Virus record (IMG/VR): IMGVR_UViG_3300020176_000010
Span: 1 to 64,000 of that record
Length of the DNA: 64,000 nucleotides
Source: a virus
Reading direction: 5' to 3' (one strand)
The notes beneath the pieces were generated by a model, which was not told where the DNA came from, did no database searches, and saw nothing but the letters and a program-made list of their open reading frames with translations. Shown here piece after piece: positions 56,933 to 64,000 of the stretch. The first letter of the stretch is position 1; each line of letters starts with the position of its first letter. Position numbers and translations under genes: made by a program.

Positions 56933-57208
56933 TCATCCTCGCTGTGCTGCGTATCGGCTCCACTGGCGCTGGTTGTGTGCCATGGCGCGTGATGCGCCGA
57001 GGTTTCGATCTTTGGCGCTCTTCAGCGCGAAGGCCTTTTCGACGGCGCTGTCGTAGGTTCCAGTCCAGATGTACTGCCCGCCTGGAGTGACAACACCGTA
57101 CTCGAGCTTGCTGCCAGACTGGCGAGCTGCAATCACGTATGGGTAGAGGCCTCCTGCGCTGTGGCGCTGAATCGAGCTTCCGTCTGAGAGATGTCCTTGA
57201 TACTGCAC
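56933..57208 (-). CDS. Hypothetical protein
   Basis: AGGAG RBS, first gene after predicted promoter. Confidence 0.55.
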   Translation of the reverse strand: MQYQGHLSDGSSIQRHSAGGLYPYVIAARQSGSKLEYGVVTPGGQYIWTGTYDSAVEKAFALKSAKDRNLGASRAMAHNQRQWSRYAAQRG

Positions 57209-57234
57209 TTTGAGCTCCTTGCTGCGATGACCTC

Positions 57235-57263
57235 ATTATGCACGAAAATGTTGTGGCACCAAC
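57235..57263 (-). promoter_or_regulatory. Leftward promoter with GTTG-N6-CAAC operator
   Basis: CATAAT on minus strand; GTTGtggcacCAAC at the same 9-nt spacing as other copies. Confidence 0.6.
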
Positions 57264-57276
57264 AGAAAGTTCAAAT

Positions 57277-57483
57277 TCACGCATGCGCCGTGTGGGTATT
57301 GGCCTCGTTCCATCGACCACCCTCGTAGAAGCCAATAAACGGACCGACGCAAAACACCAGCGTGCTGGTGGTTCGCAGAAAGACTCGGTCGCCTGATGCT
57401 GGTCCTCCGCTCGCACGGTACGCCCTTGCGGGCCCCAGCTTGCGCGGCACGCGGCGACGACGTGGCTTGATCTCCTTTGCCAT
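57277..57483 (-). CDS. Hypothetical protein
   Basis: AGGAG RBS, 68 aa. Confidence 0.45.
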   Translation of the reverse strand: MAKEIKPRRRRVPRKLGPARAYRASGGPASGDRVFLRTTSTLVFCVGPFIGFYEGGRWNEANTHTAHA

Positions 57484-57581
57484 AGTTGGCTCCTATGCTG
57501 TGATGGTGATGATGACCGCAGATGCGATTGAGACGGCGGTGATGGCCGCCCACCACACCTTCGAGTATTGGCGGCCGGAAC

Positions 57582-57974
57582 TCATGTGGTTGGCCGCTTC
57601 TGGGCCGGCTTGGGCCTCGCCTCCCCAGCAACGCAGATCATGACAGCAAGGATGTCGTAGACGCGCGTTCCGTCTTCCGTCCACTCCTTCACCGTCCCCT
57701 GGATGACACCGCCCTGCAGGTCGACGCGGCCAATCTGGCCATAGCTTGTGCCGCATCCGGTGACACCCATTCGGACGCGGAAGTCGCCTTTGTCGGACGT
57801 CAGGTCGACCAGGGCGTCTGACTGCTTGGCCTGGTTGCTGTTGGTGTACGTGCGCACAGACGACTCCAGCACCTTAGCCTTGCCGCCATCGAAGTGCACG
57901 ACCCAGAGGTCTTTTGTCTGGGCGTGGGCTGCGCCGGATAGGATGGCGGCAGCAATGATGAGTTTCTTGATCAT
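57582..57974 (-). CDS. Secreted/periplasmic protein
   Basis: Signal peptide MIKKLIIAAAILSGAAHA; two Cys. Confidence 0.6.
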   Translation of the reverse strand: MIKKLIIAAAILSGAAHAQTKDLWVVHFDGGKAKVLESSVRTYTNSNQAKQSDALVDLTSDKGDFRVRMGVTGCGTSYGQIGRVDLQGGVIQGTVKEWTEDGTRVYDILAVMICVAGEARPKPAQKRPTT

Positions 57975-58207
57975 GATTTTTTCACTGTGTATTTGCCCTG
58001 GTACTCTCCACCAATGCGCTGCAGGTGCGGGTTGTTCTTGGGCTCGTTGAGGTCGGCTGTGGTGTAGGGTTGCAGCTCGGATGCGCCAGCCTTTTCGCGC
58101 ACCCAGCCGTTGTCGTTTCCGATGACGGAGAAGAGGATGCCGCCCTGCACGAATGCGCGCAGTCCATTCCACTTGCCGTACACGCGGCCCGGGTTAGGCT
58201 GATGCAT
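57971..58207 (-). CDS. Hypothetical protein
   Basis: AGGAG RBS before MHQPNPG. Confidence 0.5.
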   Translation of the reverse strand: MHQPNPGRVYGKWNGLRAFVQGGILFSVIGNDNGWVREKAGASELQPYTTADLNEPKNNPHLQRIGGEYQGKYTVKKS

Positions 58208-58580
58208 GCTCTGTCTCCTGTGAAGCCTGCGCCTTGAGCGCTCGAATTTCAGCGAGGCGTGCAAGCAGCTCATCCTCCTCGTCGGCCATCGATAGATTCA
58301 CGCGCTGCCGCAAGTCATCCAGCGCCTGCGCCGCAAGCTCTTCGAAGCGCCTGGCGATCACCTCCGCCAGCGCGACATCGAAGATCTTGCTCCTCCAGTA
58401 GTTTTGCGCACCGTGGCTTGCTTGGTGCCCAATTTGCGTTTCAACATTGATGGTGTGAAGTTTCCCAACAGGGCTGCCATCGAAGTGCGGCTGAGGCTTT
58501 TTGAGGAGGCTGACGTAATGCGCTGCGATGTCGTACTCGCGCTTCAGCTCGTCTGTTTTTTCGAACTTGCGCATGATCAC
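58194..58580 (-). CDS. Hypothetical protein
   Basis: 128 aa coupled to ACP gene. Confidence 0.55.
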   Translation of the reverse strand: MIMRKFEKTDELKREYDIAAHYVSLLKKPQPHFDGSPVGKLHTINVETQIGHQASHGAQNYWRSKIFDVALAEVIARRFEELAAQALDDLRQRVNLSMADEEDELLARLAEIRALKAQASQETEHASA

Positions 58581-58861
58581 GCCCCTGGGATTTTCGACTG
58601 GGCCAAGCTCGTCAGCTTCTGAACTAGCGTGACGGCGTCGCCGATGGTTGCAACCGCGGAGCCCTCTTCGTCGGACACCTCGATCTCGAACTCATCCTCG
58701 AGCGCCATGACCAACTCCACCAGGTCCAGGCTGTCGCAGCCCAGGTCTTTTTCTAGTGACTGCTCGGCGGCGATCGAGGCTTGCTCAATGCCGAGCTGCT
58801 CTGAGACCAGCTTGGTGATCCGCGGCAGGATCTCTTGCGTTGAAATTTCTGCAGTGCTCAT
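58577..58861 (-). CDS. acpP: Acyl carrier protein
   Basis: EQLGI.......L..DLGCDSLDLVELVMALEDEFEIEVSDEE.....TIGDAV. Confidence 0.9.
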   Translation of the reverse strand: MSTAEISTQEILPRITKLVSEQLGIEQASIAAEQSLEKDLGCDSLDLVELVMALEDEFEIEVSDEEGSAVATIGDAVTLVQKLTSLAQSKIPGA

Positions 58862-59028
58862 GTAATGCTTTCCAATGCAGGGCAACATCGCCCGCAACAA
58901 CCCTGCACGCAGGGCTGGCGCGGATGTGGTCACGCCATGTTTATCTCTTTTTAAGCGAATGAGATAATTATTGCAGAAGCAACATAAAACGCAAGTTCCG
59001 GCTGTTCCGGTGTTGCGTTTTTGTTGCG

Positions 59029-59373
59029 TCAGATCCTGATAAATGAGATCTGGCAGTCGCAGATGTCTTCGCAGTCAATCCTGCTGGACGCCGTGAGCTG
59101 CTCGTAGGTGGGGCGAGCGATGCGGTAGCCGGCGCGCCTCACATCTTCCAGGCAGAACTGCTCGCGGAACCAGACATCCAGGCCATCGGTTTGCCTGGCC
59201 AGCTCCGTCGCACGCCCGAGGCTCATGCCGTCCAGCTGAATGTGCATCAACGCATAGTCGTCCTCCACTGCAACGCGGCTGACGATGTAGGTGTTGCCAT
59301 CTGGGCACTTCACGCGAACGGCGTTCCATGCTGGATTGGTGGGTTTGGTGGTCTTCGTCCAGTAGTTGGCCAT
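59029..59373 (-). CDS. Hypothetical protein
   Basis: GAGG RBS, 114 aa. Confidence 0.55.
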   Translation of the reverse strand: MANYWTKTTKPTNPAWNAVRVKCPDGNTYIVSRVAVEDDYALMHIQLDGMSLGRATELARQTDGLDVWFREQFCLEDVRRAGYRIARPTYEQLTASSRIDCEDICDCQISFIRI

Positions 59374-59375
59374 GG

Positions 59376-59807
59376 TTAGATTTCCTCACTTTCGATGCCA
59401 TCCATCCGCTCGCGCTCGGCACGTAATGACTGGGCGGATTCCCAGCTGTCGACCCACTCCTGGAAGTGGTTGCGTTCATCGGTTTGCTCTCCGACGGTGG
59501 CCATATGGCTCTTCACCTGCTCGACCAGCGCGGCGCGCAGTGGCATGGTGGCGCGGTGGATGATGACGCCGGCGAGCTTCTGCTTCACCGGGAAGGCTGC
59601 GCACATCATCACCTCAGCTATCGCCTGACGCAGCTTCGGGTCTGCTGGGTTGAAGCCGTAGTGGCGCAGGATGCTGGCCACGCCCGGGGCATCCAGGCTC
59701 GGCGGTTTGAAGGCATCATCGATTGCGGCATCCACCGTGGGGCAAGTCTCGGGCACCAGCTCGAAAGAGCGACGCTCGGCGGCGGTGTAGTTGATCCTGG
59801 TGGCCAT
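59376..59807 (-). CDS. Hypothetical protein
   Basis: MATRINYT...VPETCPTVD. Confidence 0.55.
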   Translation of the reverse strand: MATRINYTAAERRSFELVPETCPTVDAAIDDAFKPPSLDAPGVASILRHYGFNPADPKLRQAIAEVMMCAAFPVKQKLAGVIIHRATMPLRAALVEQVKSHMATVGEQTDERNHFQEWVDSWESAQSLRAERERMDGIESEEI

Positions 59808-59809
59808 GG

Positions 59810-60100
59810 TCAGCCCGCCTTCCGCAGCGCCAGCAGGCGCGCAGTGATGTCGTTGGCAGCCTTGGAGCCGCCGTGTTTGTCCGGGTGGCACAGGCGCACC
59901 AGGGTGTCGATCTCGTCGGGCGTGAATGTGCCGCGCTGCATCTGTGACTTTGGCACCAGGTCGCCGCGGTTGACCCGCCGCACCAGGTCATTCCACTTGT
60001 TCAGCAGCTCTTGGTACTCGAGCTCGGTGATGCGCTTCGCGATATCAAGCTCGGCAGCTGCGCGCAGCAAGCGGTTGTAGCTCTTCTGTGTGACGAACAT
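59810..60100 (-). CDS. Protein with truncated J-domain (HPD motif)
   Basis: LVRLCHPDKHGGSKAANDITARL. Confidence 0.65.
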   Translation of the reverse strand: MFVTQKSYNRLLRAAAELDIAKRITELEYQELLNKWNDLVRRVNRGDLVPKSQMQRGTFTPDEIDTLVRLCHPDKHGGSKAANDITARLLALRKAG

Positions 60101-60124
60101 GCGGGCCTTTCTGTACGGAGCTTT

Positions 60125-60169
60125 GCTCCCGAATTGATAGCTGCAAGCGCTTTCTGAATAAGCGCTAGA
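60125..60169 (-). repeat. REP-like element copy
   Basis: TCTAGCGCTTATTCAGAAAGCGCTTGCAGCTATCAATTCGGGAGC on minus strand. Confidence 0.6.
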
Positions 60170-60179
60170 CGTGAATTTG

Positions 60180-60431
60180 TCAGTCGAACTTGAAGACCAA
60201 GCCGCCGGCCAGCGGCTGGCAGTCAACCAACTCCTGGCGCTGCTCATCGGCTCCGCTGAAGCACACCAGATTGCCCTGGTAGTTCACCAGTCCGACTTCA
60301 GACCAGAGCTCAGGGTTCTGCCGGTAGTGATCTCCAGCGGATGCGGAGACGTAGCCCGGGAATTCGTACACCCGACACTGCGGGTGGTGGACGTCGCCGG
60401 ATGGTGGCGCGATGTAAAGAGTGGTGGTCAT
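60180..60431 (-). CDS. Hypothetical protein
   Basis: AAGGAG RBS lies within the REP-like element. Confidence 0.55.
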   Translation of the reverse strand: MTTTLYIAPPSGDVHHPQCRVYEFPGYVSASAGDHYRQNPELWSEVGLVNYQGNLVCFSGADEQRQELVDCQPLAGGLVFKFD

Positions 60432-60435
60432 AATT

Positions 60436-60483
60436 GCTCCTTAATTGATAGCTGCTTGCGCTTGCTAATCAAGCGCTAGAGGC
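60436..60483 (-). repeat. REP-like element copy
   Basis: TCTAGCGCTTGATTAGCAAGCGCAAGCAGCTATCAATTAAGGAGC on minus strand. Confidence 0.6.
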
Positions 60484-60527
60484 AGATTTCACTGGGAAAC
60501 CCTGGCACGCAGGGCTTCGCGGTGGAA

Positions 60528-60914
60528 TCAGGCCGCCTGCTTCAGTTCGCCGCGACCCAGGCGGGTGCCGTCGAGCTGGAAGAAGTACACGGGGTTGAAC
60601 TCACCCCAGGCGGCGGCGCGCGGGCCGTACAGGTGACCTTCATCCTTGGATGGGATGTAGACCGCGATGCAGTCCTGGTTCAGCTTCTCTGCCAGCCAGG
60701 TGGTGCACACACGGACGTCACCGGTGTGGGATGCGCGCACCACCAAAGTGGGCTCCGTGTCGCTGGCCACGATGGCAAAGCCGATGACCTTGAAGTTCAG
60801 GCACTTCACAGATGTGAGTGCTGTTTCGAACAATGGGATCTCGCGGCCAACCGAGTAGACGTTGTCGAACTCTTGTGGGATTCCGTTCAGGCCAATATTG
60901 AGAATGACTTCCAT
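60528..60914 (-). CDS. Conserved phage early protein
   Basis: LNIGL...TEPTLVV...L.QDCIAVY.....G.LYGP.A..WG.FNP.YF; AAGGA RBS. Confidence 0.65.
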   Translation of the reverse strand: MEVILNIGLNGIPQEFDNVYSVGREIPLFETALTSVKCLNFKVIGFAIVASDTEPTLVVRASHTGDVRVCTTWLAEKLNQDCIAVYIPSKDEGHLYGPRAAAWGEFNPVYFFQLDGTRLGRGELKQAA

Positions 60915-61046
60915 GATGTTTCCTTTACTACTGCAACAAAAACTTGCGATAGAGTGATTATGCACGCCAAGGAAAAATCAAGGAAATAAATAACCTTGCG
61001 ACTTTGTCTGGTATTGGTGAAGATCGTTGTCTTCGCGCAACGTTTG

Positions 61047-61075
61047 TTGCGAACACGACAGGATGTGTGTAGAAT
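61047..61075 (+). promoter_or_regulatory. Late promoter (pR'-like)
   Basis: TTGCGA-N17-TAGAAT upstream of lysis genes. Confidence 0.7.
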
Positions 61076-61151
61076 CGCGCGCAGTCAGAATTGACCACGG
61101 CCATCAACAGGCCCGGCGCCAGCGGAACCCGTCTTTCGCTGACGTACTGTT

Positions 61152-61210
61152 AACCCGGCAGCGCGCCCATCACATCTTGATGCGCGAGCTCGTCCGGGTT
61201 TTTTGTTTTG
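61152..61210 (+). terminator. tR'-like terminator
   Basis: AACCCGG...CCGGGTT stem followed by T-tract about 130 nt after promoter. Confidence 0.55.
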
Positions 61211-61291
61211 CGGCGCCCGCTGAAGTGATGGCGGGTTTGGGTTGGGGGTTCCTGGCCGGTGGCCGCAGCTATATCGCCAACCGGAATATCC

Positions 61292-61426
61292 ATGCGCTAC
61301 AAAGCCAAGTTCCAGAATGGCGTGTGGAAGTTGTTTGACAGCCACACGTACACCGACATCGACACCTTCGATACGCAGAAGGCTGCCGAGCTGGCGGCCG
61401 ATCGGGCCAACGCTCGCAGGCGTTGA
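61292..61426 (+). CDS. Small hypothetical protein (44 aa)
   Basis: MRYKAKFQNGVWKLFDSHTYTDID...; below ORF-track cutoff. Confidence 0.45.
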   Translation: MRYKAKFQNGVWKLFDSHTYTDIDTFDTQKAAELAADRANARRR

Positions 61427-61591
61427 TCGCAAACCCAGCAAGCGATTGACACCGCGCCCGCTCAGGGTGTGGTGAAGACAAAGCTGGCCCAAGCAAACGG
61501 TGGGCAAACCGCTTGCCACCGGATGCGCCCGGCATCAGCTCCCACCACCACGGGACGCCGGGCGCAAGCCGCAGAAGTTAAGAGGTGCCGC

Positions 61592-61903
61592 ATGCAGGAC
61601 AGCCCACGCCGCCCTGATGGGGGATCGGATAGACGTGTCGGTCAGGCGTTGACGACTGAGATCGTCAAATACATCGACCACGCTGTCGAGAGCAAGGTGC
61701 GCGAGTTTGCGAACTCAGCAATCCCAGACGGAGACGTCGCCAAACACAAGGCAGGGCACCTACAGAGGATGGAGTCCGAAAAGGACCGGCAAGCCCTGTG
61801 GAAGAGCGTGCGGGAGAAGGTACTCGCAGGCGGCATCTGGTCCGCTGTGGCGCTGCTTGCAACGGCTGCGGCCGAAGGAGCAAAGCAATGGCTTCAACGT
61901 TGA
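61592..61903 (+). CDS. Holin-like membrane protein
   Basis: GAGGT RBS; C-terminal hydrophobic helix; start of lysis cluster. Confidence 0.5.
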   Translation: MQDSPRRPDGGSDRRVGQALTTEIVKYIDHAVESKVREFANSAIPDGDVAKHKAGHLQRMESEKDRQALWKSVREKVLAGGIWSAVALLATAAAEGAKQWLQR

Positions 61904-62352
61904 GGCACAAGCTGCGGTGCATGCTTGTGAACACCATCCCGTTCGCGGTTGTTCTTGGGTTGCTTTCCACTGTGAAGATGCTCGAGCCAGTTGTGCTGCC
62001 TGTGGTCACTGGTTTCGTGGTGCACGAGATCTCCCAAGCGGGACAGCTTGTGACCATCTCCGGCACGATGATCAAGGAGCGCGAGAGTTGCAAGTTCGAG
62101 AGTGTGACTGCGTACAGCGTGTTCCCTGCCGGTATCGAGAAGCAGCGCGTGCCGATCTTGTTCCTGGACTCCCGCGGTGATGACATGTCAAACCGCACCA
62201 GTGGCGCCCAGAAGTGGGGTCCGTGGCGCATCACCATACCGGTGTCACCCAAGACGGTGGCCATCGAATTAACAAGCCTTCACACCTGCCATTGGATGTG
62301 GGGGCAAACAACGCTGCTCGCTACGGTGCCACTGGTCAGCGAGACCCACTGA
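61888..62352 (+). CDS. Membrane-anchored protein (antiholin-like, tentative)
   Basis: AGGAG RBS; N-terminal TM then soluble domain with two Cys. Confidence 0.5.
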   Translation: MASTLRHKLRCMLVNTIPFAVVLGLLSTVKMLEPVVLPVVTGFVVHEISQAGQLVTISGTMIKERESCKFESVTAYSVFPAGIEKQRVPILFLDSRGDDMSNRTSGAQKWGPWRITIPVSPKTVAIELTSLHTCHWMWGQTTLLATVPLVSETH

Positions 62353-62364
62353 GCGAGGTAGCGC

Positions 62365-63228
62365 ATGGCACAAATCAACAAGGCTGGAGAGGATCTCGTC
62401 TTCAGCTACGAGCAGTACCGTGAGTTCGCGTACCCAGACCCAGCAAGCCCCCTGGCCAAGGCCACCCGCGGCATGCGTGTACGCTGGGGCTATCGCCCTG
62501 CTCGAGAAATCATTGCGGAGCTCGACGAAAGCGTTAAGCATCTGCACGGCAACCCATGGACCTGCGGCATCGGCCGCACGCGTGGCGTGACCATCGATAC
62601 CCGCATGTCCAAGGCTGAGGCCTGGAAGGACATGAGAGCCGAGCTCGACATGGTCGCCACCCAGGTGCGCGACGCGTGCAAGATCGAGCCCAACGAAAAC
62701 GAACTGGCCGCCATGACCAGCCTGGCCTACAACATCGGCATGGGCTGGAGTGGCTCCAAGAAACCAGCCGGCGCAAAAGACGGCTTCCGCCAGTCCAGCG
62801 TCCTGCGCGCCCACAACCGTGGCGACAAGCAGGCGGCCGCCCGGGCGTTCCGATTGTGGAACCGCGCCGGCGGGGTGGAGATGGATGGGCTGACCAAGCG
62901 CCGGGTGTCAGAAGCTGACCTGTACCTGAAAGCGCCGCGAGTGCTGATGGACCCAGCTGTAGATGATGGCGATGACCCAACGATGCCTCAGACGGTGGAT
63001 GCCGAGCGCCCCATGACGCAGAGCTCCATCAACCGCAGCGCCTTGGTGGCCGGCGGCACGGCCGCTGCAGCCACGGTTGCTGAGACGGCCCGCACGGCGG
63101 CCGAGGTGAAGTACAGCGTGGCCCAGCTGGGCGACTGGCTTCTGCCCGTTATGTTGCTGGTGATTGTGGCCCTGTGCGGCTACATCATTTACGAGCGCGT
63201 CCGCGTGCGCAAGCAAGGCTGGTACTGA
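62365..63228 (+). CDS. Endolysin, GH24 lysozyme-like, with C-terminal TM segment
   Basis: E.....AYPD...WTCGIGRT...A..SLAYNIG...SS.LR..N.GD..AA..F..W..AGG....GL..RR..E. Confidence 0.85.
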   Translation: MAQINKAGEDLVFSYEQYREFAYPDPASPLAKATRGMRVRWGYRPAREIIAELDESVKHLHGNPWTCGIGRTRGVTIDTRMSKAEAWKDMRAELDMVATQVRDACKIEPNENELAAMTSLAYNIGMGWSGSKKPAGAKDGFRQSSVLRAHNRGDKQAAARAFRLWNRAGGVEMDGLTKRRVSEADLYLKAPRVLMDPAVDDGDDPTMPQTVDAERPMTQSSINRSALVAGGTAAAATVAETARTAAEVKYSVAQLGDWLLPVMLLVIVALCGYIIYERVRVRKQGWY

Positions 63229-63683
63229 TGACGGTTATCGCCTGGGATGGAAAGATACTGGCAGCAGACAAGCGCTGCTTGAGCGCCTGGCGCGCCGGCA
63301 CGGTAACCAAGCTGCACAGCATCAACAACAAATCCGTTGCCGCCATTGCCGGTGATCTGGCCAAAGGCATGGAGATGATCCAGTGGTTGCGCGATGGTGC
63401 AATACCGGGCTCATTCCCAGCTGCGCAGCGCACCAGCGAATACGTGCTTGTTGCCGAGCTCCGGCACGGTGGACTGCTGTACCTCTACGAGGACTCGCCA
63501 GTGCCGTTTCGAGTCGAGGACAAGGTGTGGGCTGGTGGGAGTGGGCGCGACTTCGCCCTGATGGCCATGCACCTTGGGCACAGCGCTGTTGATGCGGTGA
63601 AGCTGACGTCCGTGCTCACCCAGGGGTGCGGCAACGGCGTGAACTCCGCATGGTTCGAGCGCGGCAGCCTGGAGATGAGATGA
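63228..63683 (+). CDS. Ntn-hydrolase (proteasome-beta/HslV-like) protein
   Basis: MTVIAWDG..LAADK...K...AG...GSG..FA..AM..G..A..AV; N-terminal Thr nucleophile. Confidence 0.7.
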   Translation: MTVIAWDGKILAADKRCLSAWRAGTVTKLHSINNKSVAAIAGDLAKGMEMIQWLRDGAIPGSFPAAQRTSEYVLVAELRHGGLLYLYEDSPVPFRVEDKVWAGGSGRDFALMAMHLGHSAVDAVKLTSVLTQGCGNGVNSAWFERGSLEMR

Positions 63684-64000
63684 CCAAGATATTCGACCTG
63701 ATCCCCAGCTGGGTGTACGCCGCTGCTGTCGCGCTGCTGTCGACCATGCTGCTCCTGCAATGGAGCGCCAGCAACGTCGAGATCCAGCGCCAGAAGATGG
63801 CCGTGCTGGCGGAGCAGAAGAAGCACAGCGACTGCGTCGCCGAGCAGCTGAAGATCAACACCAAGGCCAAGGACGAAGCCCGCCAGCGCGAGCAGGACCT
63901 GCAGGCCCAAGCCGACAAGGATCGCCATGAATCGCAAACTCGCATCAATCGCCTGCGCACTGAGCGCGATGCTGCTCTTGCCAAGCTGCGCGACCGCCCC
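63680..64000 (+). CDS. Rz-like inner spanin, 3'-truncated by window edge
   Basis: GGAG RBS; N-terminal TM followed by coiled coil. Confidence 0.6.
   Translation, partial: MTKIFDLIPSWVYAAAVALLSTMLLLQWSASNVEIQRQKMAVLAEQKKHSDCVAEQLKINTKAKDEARQREQDLQAQADKDRHESQTRINRLRTERDAALAKLRDRP

Overview
The whole window is tailed-phage DNA (GC-rich, podovirus-like, probably a betaproteobacterial/Comamonadaceae host) with no recognisable host chromosomal genes. Order: tail and DNA-ejection genes (1-7927, +); a three-gene chain of giant polyvalent virion proteins (7944-25712, +); a tnpB-only IS200/IS605 element; a leftward early block (rdgC, MazG-like, ssb, HU, YqaJ exonuclease, recT, thyA, a DfrB/R67-domain mosaic gene) headed by a structured non-coding RNA region; a rightward replication/nin/Q block; a leftward accessory block (SLOG, acyl carrier protein, J-domain); and a late promoter with the lysis cassette. 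Terminase, portal, capsid, integrase and an obvious CI repressor are not in the window. The polyvalent locus is the most unusual part. One conserved domain is split into two genes by a GIY-YIG endonuclease, with Cys-bearing helical/beta tags at the new ends, and a second gene junction also has paired Cys ends. An intact HNH gene is overprinted inside the open giant frame, a nested gene has its own promoter and RBS, a Pro1 class-3-like intein is present, and an RSAxR motif marks nearly every domain boundary. All family assignments come from motif recognition by eye; no searches were run.
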